Assembly (NCBI RefSeq): GCF_009914755.1
Contig: NC_060929.1
Reading direction: 5' to 3' (one strand)
Source of the DNA: the human T2T-CHM13v2.0 reference genome, Homo sapiens
DNA: 64,000 bases
The notes under the pieces are model-generated. The model made no database searches. It was not told the DNA's origin and saw nothing but the letters and a program-made list of their open reading frames with translations. Positions within the stretch are counted from its first letter, which is position 1. Every line of letters starts with the position of its first letter. The position numbers and the translations under genes are program-made. This document shows, one piece after another, positions 13,201-25,600 of the stretch.

Positions 13201-16200
13201 TCTCAGAGTTTAACTTTGCTTTTCATTCAGCAGTTTGGAAACACTCTGTTTGTAAAGTCTGCACGTGGATAATTTGACCACTTAGAGGCCTTCGTTGGAA
13301 ACGGGTTTTTTTCATGTAAGGCTAGACAGAAGAATTCTCAGTAACTTCCTTGTGTTGTGTGTATTCAACTCACACAGTTGAACGATCCTTTACACAGAGC
13401 AGACTTGTAACACTCTTTTTGTGGAATTTGCAAGTGGAGATTTCAGCCGCTTTGAAGTCAAAGGTAGAAAAGGAAATATCTTCCTATAAAAACTAGACAG
13501 AATGATTCTCAGAAACTCCTTTGTGATGTGTGCGTTCAACTCACAGAGTTTAACCTTTCTTTTCATAGAGCAGTTAGGAAACACTCTGTTTGTAAATCTG
13601 CAAGTGGATATTCAGACCTCTTTGAGGCCTTCGTTGGAAACGGATTTTTTTCATATAAGGCTAGACAGAAGAATTCCCAGTAACTTCCTTGTGTTGTGTG
13701 TGTTCAACTCACAGAGTTGAACTTTCATTTACACAGAGCAGATTTGAAACACTCTTTTTGTGGAATTTGCAAGTGGAGATTTCAAGCGCTTTGAGGCTAA
13801 AGGCAGAAAAGGAAATATCTTCGTATAAAAACTAGGCAGAATCATTCTCAGAAACTGCTCTGCGATGTGTGCGTTCAACTCTCAGAGTTTAACTTTTCTT
13901 TTCATTCAGCAGTTTGGAAACACACTGTTTGTAAAGTCTGCACGTGGATATTTTGACCACTTAGAGGCCTTCGTTGGAAACGGGTTTTTTTCCTGTAAGG
14001 CTAGACAGAAGAATTCCCAGTAACTTCCTTGTGTTGTGTACATTCAACTCACAGAGTTGAACGTTCCCTTAGACAGAGCAGATTTGAAAAACTCTTTTTG
14101 TGCAATTGGCAAGTGGAGATTTCAAGCGCTTTAAGGTCAATGGCAGAAAAGGAAATATCTTCGTTTCAAAACTAGACAGAATCATTCCCACAAACTGCGT
14201 TGTGATGTGTTCGTTCAACTCACAGAGTTTAACCTTTCTTTTCATAGAGCAGTTAGGAACCAGTCTGTTTGTAAATTCTGTAAGTGGATATTCTGACATC
14301 TTGTGACCTTCGTTGGAAACGGGATTTCTTCATATTCTGCTAGACAGAAGAATTCTCAGAATCTTCCTTGTGTTGTGTGTATTCAACTCACAGAGTTGAA
14401 CGATGGTTTACACAGAGCAGATTTGAAACACTCTTTTTGTGGAATTTGCAAGTGGAGATTTCAGCCGCTTTGAGGTCAATGGTAGAAAAGGAAATATCTT
14501 CGTATAAAAACTAGACAGAATGATTCTCAGAAACTTCTTTGTCATGTGTGCGTTCAACTCACAGAGTTTAACCTTTCTTTTCATAGAGCAGTTAGGAAAC
14601 ACTCTGTTTGTAAACTCTGCAAGTGGATATTCAGACCTCTTTGAGGCCTTCGTTGGAAACGGGATTTCTTCATACTGTGCTAGACAGAAGAATTCTCAGT
14701 AACTTCCTTGTGTTGTGTGTATTCAACTCACAGAGTTGAACGATCCTTTACACAGAGCAGACTTGAAACACTCTTTTTGTGGAATTTGCAAGTGGAGATT
14801 TCAGCCGCGTTGAGGTCAATGGTAGAAAAGGAAATATCTTCGTATAAAAACTAGACAGAATGATTCTCAGAAACTTCTTTGTGATGTGTGTGTTCAACTC
14901 ACAGAGTTTAACCTTTCTTTTCATAGAGCAGTTAGGAAACACTCTGTTTGTAAAGTCTGCAAGTGGATATTCAGACCTCTTTGAGGCCTTCGTTGGAAAC
15001 GGGTTTTTTTCATATAAGGCTAGACAGAAGAATTCCCAGTAACTTCCTTTTGTTGTGTGTGTTCAAGTCACAGAGATGAACTCTCATTTACACAGAGCAG
15101 ATTTGAAACTCTCTTTTTGTGGAATTTGCAAATGGAGATTTCAAGCGCTTTGAGGCCAAAGGCAGAAAAGGAAATATCTTCCTATAAAAACTAGACAGAA
15201 TCATTCTCAGAAACTGCTCTGCGATGTGTGCGTTCAACTCTCAGAGTTTAACTTTTCTTTTCATTCAGCAGTTTGGAAACACTCTGTTTGTAAAGTCTGC
15301 ACGTGCATAATTTGACCACTTAGAGGCCTTCGTTGGAAACAGGTTTTTTTCATGTAAGGCTAGACAGAAGAATTCTCAGTAACTTCCTTGTGTTGTGTGT
15401 ATTCAACTCACACAGTTGAACGATCCTTTACACAGAGCAGACTTGTAACACTCTTTTTGTGGAATTTGCAAGTGGAGATTTCAGCCGCTTTGAAGTCAAA
15501 GGTAGAAAAGGAAATATCTTCCTATAAAAACAAGACAGAATCATTCTCAGAAACTGCTCTGCGATGTGTGCGTTCAACTCTCAGAGTTTAACTTTTCTTT
15601 TCATTCAGCAGTTTGGAAACACTCTGTTTGTAAAGTCTGCACGTGGATATTTTGACCACTTAGAGGCCTTCGTTGGAAACGGGTTTTTTTCCTGTAAGGC
15701 TAGACAGAAGAATTCCCAGTAACTTCCTTGTGTTGTGTACATTCAACTCACAGAGTTGAACGTTTCCTTAGACAGAGCAGATTTGAAACACTCTTTTTGT
15801 GCAATTGGCAAGTGGAGATTTCAAGCGCTTTGAGGTCAATGGCAGAAAAGGAAATATCTTCGTTTCAAAACTAGACAGAATCATTCCCACAAACTGCGTT
15901 GTGATGTGTTCGTTCAACTCACAGAGTTTAACCTTTCTTTTCATAGAGCAGTTAGGAAACAGTCTGTTTGTAAATTCTGTAAGTGGATATTCTGACATCT
16001 TGTGGCGTTCGTTGGAAACGGGATTTCTTCATATTCTGCTAGACAGAAGAATTCTCAGAATCTTCCTTGTGTTGTGTGTATTCAACTCACAGAGTTGAAC
16101 GATGGTTTACACAGAGCAGATTTGAAACACTCTTTTGGTGGAATTTGCAAGTGGAGATTTCAGCCGCTTTGAGGTCAATGGTAGAAAAGGAAATATCTTC

Positions 16201-19200
16201 GTATAAAAACTAGACAGAATGATTCTCAGAAACTTCTTTGTGATGTGTGCGTTCAACTCACAGAGTTTAACCTTTCTTTTCATAGAGCAGTTAGGAAACA
16301 CTGTGTTTTTAAACTGTGCAAGTGGATAATCAGACCTCTTTGAGGCCTTCGTTGGAAACGGGATTTCTTCATACTGTGCTAGACAGAAGAATTCTCAGTA
16401 ACTTCCTTGTGTTGTGTGTATTCAACTCACAGAGTTGAACGATCCTTTACACAGAGCAGACTTGAAACACTCTTTTTGTGGAATTTGCAACTGGAGATTT
16501 CAGCCGCGTTGATGTCAATGGTAGAAAAGGAAATATCTTCGTATAAAAACTGGACAGAATGATTCTCAGAAACTCCTTTGTGATGTGTGTGTTCAACTCA
16601 CAGAGTTTAACCTTTCTTTTCATAGAGCAGTTAGGAAACACTCTGTTTGTAAAGTCTGCAAGTGGATATTCAGACCTCTTTGAGGCCTTCGTTGGAAACG
16701 GGTTTTTTTCATATAAGGCTAGACAGAAGAATTCCCAGTAACTTCCTTGTGTTGTGTGTGTTCAACTCACAGAGTTGAACTTTCATTTACACAGAGCAGA
16801 TTTGAAACACTCTTTTTGTGGAATTTGCAAGTGGAGATTTCAAGCGCTTTGAGGTCAATGGCAGAAAAGGAAATATCTTCGTTTCAATCTAGACAGAATC
16901 ATTCCCACAAACTGCGTTGTGATGTGTTCTTTCAACTCACTGAGTTTAACCTTTCTTTTCATAGAGCAGTTAGGAAACAATCTGTTTGTAAATTCTGTAA
17001 GTGGATATTCTGACATCTTGTGGCCTTCGTTGGTAACGGGATTTCTTCATATTCTGTTAGACAGAAGAATTCTCAGAATCTTCCTTGTGTTGTGTGTATT
17101 CAACTCACAGAGTTGAACGATGGTTTACACAGAGCAGATTTGAAACACTCTTTTGGTGGAATTTGCATGTGGAGATTTCAGCCGCCTTGAGGTCAATGGT
17201 AGAAAAGGAAATATCTTCGTATAAAAACTAGACAGAATGATTCTCAGAAACTTCTTTGTGATGTGTGCGTTCAACTCACAGAGTTTAACCTTTCTTTTCA
17301 TAGAACAGTTAGGAAACACTCTGTTTGTAAACTCTGCAAGTGGATATTCAGACCTCTTTGAGGCCTTCGTTGGAAACGGGATTTCTTCATACTATGCTAT
17401 ATAGAAGAATTCTCAGTAACTTCCTTGTGTTGTGTGTATTCAACTCACAGAGTTGAACGATCCTTTACACAGAGCAGACTTGAAACACTCTTTTTGTGGA
17501 ATTTGCAAGTGGAGATTTCAGCCGCTTTGAGGTCAATGGTAGAAAAGGAAATATCTTCGTATAAAAACTAGACAGAATGATTCTCAGAAACTCCTTTGTG
17601 ATGTGTGTGTTCAACTCACAGAGTTTAACCTTTCTTTTCATAGAGCAGTTAGGAAACACTCTGTTTGTAAAGTCTGCAAGTGGATATTCAGACCTCTTTG
17701 AGGCCTTCGTTGGAAACGGGTTTTTTTCATATAAGGCTAGACAGAATTCTCAGTAACTTCCTTGTGTTGTGTGTGTTCAACTCACAGAGTTGAACTTTCA
17801 TTTACACAGAGCAGATTTGAAACACTCTTTTTGTGGAATTTGCAAGTGGAGATTTCAAGCGCTTTGAGGCCAAAGGCAGAAAGGGAAATATCTTCGTATA
17901 AAAACTAGACAGAATCATTCTCAGAAACTGCTCTGCGATGTGTGCGTTCAACTCTCAGAGTTTAACTTTTCTTTTCATTCAGCAGTTTGGAAACACTCTG
18001 TTTGTAAAGTCTGCACGTGGATAATTTGGCCACTTAGAGGCCTTCGTTGGAAACGGGTTTTTTCATGTAAGGCTAGACAGAATTCTCAGTAACTTCCTTG
18101 TGTTGTGTGTATTCAACTCACAGAGTTGAACGATCCTTTACACAGAGCAGACTTGTAACACTCTTTTTGTGGAATTTGCAAGTGGAGATTTCAGCCGCTT
18201 TGAAGTCAAAGGTAGAAAAGGAAATATCTTCCTATAAAAACTAGACAGAATGATTCTCAGAAACTCCTTTGTGATGTGTGCGTTCAACTGACAGAGTTTA
18301 ACCTTTCTTTTCATAGAGCAGTTAGGAAACACTCTGTTTGTAAAGTCTGCAAGTGGATATTCAGACCTCTTTGAGGCCTTCGTTGGAAACGGGTTTTTTT
18401 CATATAAGGCTAGACAGAAGAATTCCCAGTAACTTCCTTGTGTTGTGTGTGTTCAACTCACAGAGTTGAACTTTCATTTACACAGAGCAGATTTGAAACA
18501 CTCTTTTTGTGGAATTTGCAAGTGGAGATTTCAAGCGCTTTGAGGCCAAAGGCAGAAAAGGAAATATCTTCGTTTAAAAACTAGACAGAATCATTCTCAG
18601 AAACTGCTCTGCGATGTGTGCGTTCAACTCTCAGAGTTTAACTTTTCTTTTCATTCAGCAGTTTGGAAACACTCTGTTTGTAAAGTCTGCACGTGGATAA
18701 TTTGACCACTTAGAGGCCTTCGTTGGAAACGGGTTTTTTTCATGTAAGGCTAGACAGAAGAATTCTCAGTAACTTCCTTGTGTTGTGTGTATTCAACTCA
18801 CAGAGTTGAACGATCCTTTACACAGAGCAGACTTGTAACACTCTTTTTGTGGAATTTGCAAGTGGAGATTTCAGCCGCTTTGAAGTCAAAGGTAGAAAAG
18901 GAAATATCTTCCTATAAAAACTAGACAGAATGATTCTCAGAAACTCCTTTGTGATGTGTGCGTTCAACTCACAGAGTTTAACCTTTCTTTTCATAGAGCA
19001 GTTAGGAAACACTCTGTTTGTAAAGTCTGCAAGTGGATATTCAGACCTCTTTGAGGCCTTCCTTGGAAACGGGTTTTTTTCATATAAGGCTAGACAGAAG
19101 AATTCCCAGTAACTTCCTTGTGTTGTGTGTGTTCAACTCACAGAGTTGAACTTTCATTTACACAGAGCAGATTTGAAACACTCTTTTTGTGGAATTTGCA

Positions 19201-19619
19201 AGTGGAGATTTCAAGCGCTTTGAGGCTAAAGGCAGAAAAGGAAATATCTTCGTATAAAAACTAGACAGAATCATTCTCAGAAACTGCTCTGCGATGTGTG
19301 CGTTCAACTCTCAGAGTTTAACTTTTCTTTTCATTCAGCAGTTTGGAAACACTCTGTTTGTAAAGTCTGCACGTGGATATTTTGACCACTTAGAGGCCTT
19401 CGTTGGAAACGGGTTTTTTTCCTGTAAGGCTAGACAGAAGAATTCCCAGTAACTTCCTTGTGTTGTGTACATTCAACTCACAGAGTTGAACGTTCCCTTA
19501 AACAGAGCAGATTTGAAACACTCTTTTTGTGCAATTGGCAAGTGGAGATTTCAAGCGCTTTGAAGTCAATGGCAGAAAAGGAAATATCTTCGTTTCAAAA
19601 CTAGATAGAATCATTCCCA

Positions 19620-22600
19620 CAAACTGCGTTGTGATGTGTTCGTTCAACTCACAGAGTTTAACCTTTCTTTTCATAGAGCAGTTAGGAAACAGTCTGTTTG
19701 TAAATTCTGTAAGTGGATATTCTGACAGCTTGTGGCCTTCGTTGGAAACGGGATTTCTTCATACTATGCTAGACAGAAGAATACTCAGTAACTTCCTTGT
19801 GTTGTGTGTATTCAACTCACAGAGTTGAACGATGGTTTACACAGAGCAGATTTGAAACACTCTTTTTGTGGAATTAGCAAGTGGAGATTTCAGCCGCTTT
19901 GAGGTCAATGGTAGAAAAGGAAATATCTTCGTATAAAAACTAGACAGAATGATTCTCAGAAACTCCTTTGTGATGTGTGCGTTCAACTCACAGAGTTTAA
20001 CCTTTCTTTTCATAGAGCAGTTAGGAAACACTCTGTTTGTAAAGTCTGCAAGTGGATATTCAGACCTCTTTGAGGCCTTCGTTGGAAACGGGTTTTTTTC
20101 ATATAAGGCTAGACAGAAGAATTCCTAGTAACTTCCTTGTGTTGTGTGTGTTCAACTCACAGAGTTGAACTTTCATTTACACAGAGCAGATTTGAAACAC
20201 TCTTTTTGTGGAATTTGCAAGTGGAGATTTCAAGCGCTTTGAGACCAAAGGCAGAAAAGGATATATCTTCGTATAAAAACTAGACAGAATCATTCTCAGA
20301 AAATGCTCTGCGATGTGTGCGTTCAACTCTCAGAGTTTAACTTTTCTTTTCATTCAGCAGTTTGGAAACAATCTGTTTGTAAAGTCTGCACGTGGATAAT
20401 TTGACCACTTAGAGGCCTTCGTTGGAAACGGGTTTTTTTCATGTAAGGCTAGACACAATTCTCAGTAACTTCCTTGTGTTGTGTGTATTCAACTCACAGA
20501 GTTGAACGATCCTTTACACAGAGCAGACTTGTAACACTCTTTTTGTGGAATTTGCAAGTGGAGATTTCAGCCGCTTTGAAGTCAAAGGTAGAAAAGGAAA
20601 TATCTTCCTATAAAAACTAGACAGAATGATTCTCAGAAACTCCTTTGTGATGTGTGCATTCAACTCACAGAGTTTAACCTTTCTTTTCATAGAGCAGTTA
20701 GGAAACACTCTGTTTGTAAAGTCTGCAAGTGGATATTCAGACCTCTTTGAGGCCTTCGTTGGAAACGGGTTTTTTTCATATAAGGCTAGACAGAAGAATT
20801 CCCAGTAACTTCCTTGTGTTGTGTACATTCAACTCACAGAGTTGAACGTTCCCTTAGACAGAGCAGATTTGAAACACTCTTTTTGTGCAATTGGCAAGTG
20901 GAGATTTCAAGCGCTTTGTGGTCAATGGCAGAAAAGGAAATATCTTCGTTTCAAAACTACACAGAATCATTCCCACAAACTGCGTTGTGATGTGTTCGTT
21001 CAACTCACAGACTTTAACCTTTCTTTTCATAGAGCAGTTAGGAAACAGTCTGTTTGTAAATTCTGTAAGTGGATATTCTGACATCTTGTGGCCTTCGTTG
21101 GAAACGGGATTTCTTCATATTCTGCTAGACAGAAGAATTCTCAGAATCTTCCTTGTGTTGTGTGTATTCAACTCACAGAGTTGAACGATGGTTTACACAG
21201 AGCAGATTTGAAACACTCTTTTGGTGGAATTTGCAAGTGGAGATTTCAGCCGCTTTGAGGTCAATGGTAGAAAAGGAAATATCTTCGTATAAAAACTAGA
21301 CAGAATGATTCTCAGAAACTTCTTTGTGATGTGTGCGTTCAACTCACAGAGTTTAACCTTTCTTTTCATAGAGCAGTTAGGAAACACTGTGTTTTTAAAT
21401 TGTGCAAGTGGATATTCAGACCTCTTTGAGGCCTTCGTTGGAAACGGGATTTCTTCATACTGTGCTGGACAGAAGAATTCTCAGTAACTTCCTTGTGTTG
21501 TGTGTTTTCAACTCAGAGAGTTGAACGATCCTTTACACAGAGCAGACTTGAAACACTCTTTTTGTGGAATTTGCAACTGGAGATTTCAGCCGCGTTGATG
21601 TCAATGGTAGAAAAGGAAATATCTTCGTATAAAAACTGGACAGAATGATTCTCAGAAACTCCTTTGTGATGTGTGTGTTCAACTCACAGAGTTTAACCTT
21701 TCTTTTCATAGAGCAGTTAGGAAACACTCTGTTTGTAAAGTCTGCAAGTGGATATTCAGACCTCTTGAGGCCTTCGTTGGAAACGGGTTTTTTTCATATA
21801 AGGCTAGACAGAAAAATTCCCAGTAACTTCCTTGTGTTGTGTGTGTTCAACTCACAGAGTTGAACTTTCATTTACACAGAGCAGATTTGAAACACTCTTT
21901 TTGTGGAATTTGCAAGTGGAGATTTCAAGCGCTTTGAGGCCAAAGGCAGAAAAGGAAATATCTTCGTATAAAAACTAGACAGAATCATTCTCAGAAACTG
22001 CTCTGCGATGTGTGCGTTCAACTCTCAGAGTTTAACTTTTCTTTTCATTCAGCAGTTTGGAAACACTCTGTTTGTAAAGTCTGCACGTGGATATTTTGAC
22101 CACTTAGAGGCCTTCGTTGGAAACGGGTTTTTTTCCTGTAAGGCTAGATAGAAGAATTCCCAGTAACTTCCTTGTGTTGTGTACATTCAACTCACAGAGT
22201 TCAACGTTCCCTTAGACAGAGCAGATTTGAAACACTCTTTTTGTGCAATTGGCAAGTGGAGATTTCAAGCGCTTTAAGGTCAATGGCAGAAAAGGAAATA
22301 TCTTCGTTTCAAAACTAGACAGAATCATTCCCACAAACTGCGTTGTGATGTGTTCGTTCAACTCACAGAGTTTAACCTTTCTTTTCATAGAGCAGTTAGG
22401 AAACAGTCTGTTTGTAAATTCTGTAAGTGGATATTCTGACATCTTGTGGCCTTCGTTGGAAACGGGATTTCTTCATATTCTGCTAGACAGAAGAATTCTC
22501 AGAATCTTCCTTGTGTTGTGTGTATTCAACTCACAGAGTTGAACGATGGTTTACACAGAGCAGATTTGAAACACTCTTTTTGTGGAATTTGCAAGTGGAG

Positions 22601-25600
22601 ATTTCAGCCGCTTTGAGGTCAATGGTAGAAAAGGAAATATCTTCGTATAAAAACTAGACAGAATGATTCTCAGAAACTTCTTTGTGATGAGTGCGTTCAA
22701 CTCACAGAGTTTAACCTTTCTTTTCATAGAGCAGTTAGGAAACACTCTGTTTGTAAACTCTGCAAGTGGATATTCAGACCTCTTTGAGGCCTTCGTTGGA
22801 AACGGGATTTCTTCATACTGTGCTAGACAGAAGAATTCTCAGTAACTTCCTTGTGTTGTGTGTATGCAACTCACAGAGTTGAACGATCCTTTACACAGAG
22901 CAGACTTGAAACACTCTTTTTGTGGAATTTGCAAGTGGAGATTTCAGCCGCGTTGAGGTCAATGGTAGAAAAGGAAATATCTTCGTATAAAAACTAGACA
23001 GAATGATTCTCAGAAACTCCTTTGTGATGTGTGTGTTCAACTCACAGAGTTTAACCTTTCTTTTCATAGAGCAGTTAGGAAACACTCTGTTTGTAAAGTC
23101 TGCAAGTGGATATTCAGACCTCTTTGAGGCCTTCGTTGGAAACGGGTTTTTTTCATATAAGGCTAGACAGAACAATTCCCAGTAACTTCCTTGTGTTGTG
23201 TGTGTTCAACTCACAGAGTTGAACTTTCATTTACACAGAGCAGATTTGAAACACTCTTTTTGTGGAATTTGCAAGTGGAGATTTCAAGCGCTTTGAGGCC
23301 AAAGGCAGAAAAGGAAATATCTTCGTATAAAAACAAGACAGAATCATTCTAAGAAACTGCTCTGCGATGGGTGTGTTCAACTCTCAGAGTTTAACTTTTC
23401 TTTTCCTTCAGCAGTTTGGAAACACTCTGTTTGTAAAGTCTGCACGTGGATAATTTGACCACTTAGAGGCCTTCGTTGGAAACGGGTTTTTTTCATGTAA
23501 GTCTAGACAGAAGAATTCTCAGTAACTTCCTTGTGTTGTGTGTATTCAACTCACAGAGTTGACCGATCCTTTACACAGAGCAGACTTGTAACACTCTTTT
23601 TTTGTGGAATTTGCAAGTGGAGATTTCAGCCGCTTTGAAGTCAATGGTAAAAAAGGAAATATCTTCGTTTCAAAACTAGACAGAATCATTCCCACAAACT
23701 GCGTTGTGATGTGTTCGTTCAACTCACAGAGTTTAACCTTTCTTTTCATAGAGCAGTTAGGAAACAGTCTGTTTGTAAATTCTGTAAGTGGATATTCTGA
23801 CATCTTGTGACCATCGTTGGAAACGGGATTTCTTCATATTCTGCTAGACAGAAGAATTCTCAGAATCTTCCTTGTGTTGTGTGTATTCAACTCACAGAGT
23901 TGAACGATGGTTTACACAGAGCAGATTTGAAACACTCTTTTTGTGGAATTTGCAAGTGGAGATTTCAGCCGCTTTGAGGTCAATGGTAGAAAAGGAAATA
24001 TCTTCGTATAGAAACTAGACAGAATGATTCTCAGAAACTTCTTTGTGATGAGTGCGTTCAACTCACAGAGTTTAACCTTTCTTTTCATAGAGCAGTTAGG
24101 AAACACTGTGTTTTTAAACTGTGCAAGTGGATATTCAGACCTCTTTGAGGCCTTCGTTGGAAACGGGATTTCTTCATACTGTGCTAGACAGAAGAATTCT
24201 CAGTAACTTCCTTGTGTTGTGTGTATTCAACTCACAGAGTTGAACGATCCTTTACACAGAGCGGACTTGAAACACTCTTTTTGTGGAATTTGCAAGTGGA
24301 GATTTCAGCCGCGTTGAGGTCAATGGTAGAAAAGGAAATATCTTCGTATAAAAACTAGACAGAATGATTCTCAGAAACTCCTTTGTGATGTGTGTGTTCA
24401 ACTCACAGAGTTTAACCTTTCTTTTCATAGAGCAGTTAGGAAACACTCTGTTTGTAAAGTCTGCAAGTGGATATTCAGACCTCTTTGAGGCCATCGTTGG
24501 AAACGGGATTTTTCATATAAGGTTAGACAGAAGAATTCCCAGTAACTTCCTTGTGTTGTGTGTGTTCAACTCACAGAGATGAACTCTCATTTACACAGAG
24601 CAGATTTGAAACACTCTTTTTGTGGAATTTGCAAGTGGAGATTTCAAGCGCTTTGAGGCCAAAGGCAGAAAAGGAAATATCTTCGTATAAAAACTAGACA
24701 AAATCATTCTCAGAAACTGCTCTGCGATGTGTGTGTTCAACTCTCAGAGTTTAACTTTTCTTTTCATTCAGCAGTTTGGAAACACTCTGTTTGTAAAGTC
24801 TGCACGTGGATAATTTGACCACTTAGAGGCCTTCATTGGAAACGGGTTTTTTTCATGTAAGGCTAGACAGAAGAATTCTCAGTAACTTCCTTGTGTTGTG
24901 TGTATTCAACTCACAGAGTTGACCGATCCTTTACACAGAGCAGACTTGTAACACTCTTTTTGTGGAATTTGCAAGTGGAGATTTCAGCCGCTTTGAAGTC
25001 AATGGTAGAAAAGGAAATATCTTCCTATAAAAACTAGACAGAATGATTCTCAGAAACTCCTTTGTGATGTGTGCGTTCAACTCACAGAGTTTAACCTTTC
25101 TTTTCATAGAGCAGTTAGAAAACACTCTGTTTGTAAAGTCTGCAAGTGGATATTCAGACCTCTTTGAGGCCTTCGTTGGAAACGGGTTTTTTTCATATAA
25201 GGCTAGACAGAAGAATTCCCAGTAACTTCCTTGTGTTGTGTGTGTTCAACTCACAGAGTTGAACTTTCATTTACACAGAGCAGATTTGAAACACTCTTTT
25301 TGTGGAATTTGCAAGTGGAGATTTCAAGCGCTTTGAGGCCAAAGGCAGAAAAGGAAATACCTTCGTATAAAAACTAGACAGAATCATTCTCAGAAACTGC
25401 TCTGCGATGTGTGCGTTCAACTCTCAGAGTTTAACTTTTCTTTTCATTCAGCAGTTTGGAAACACTCTGTTTGTAAAGTCTGCACGTGGATATTTTGACC
25501 ACTTAGAGGCCTTCGTTGGAAACGGGTTTTTTTCCTGTAAGGCTAGACAGAAGAATTCCCAGTAACTTCCTTGCGTTGTGTACATTCAACTCACAGAGTT

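Noticed and set aside
16007-16023. GTTCGTTGGAAACGGGA counted as a broken CENP-B box
   Set aside because: Only the non-core first position differs, so the 9-bp core is intact.
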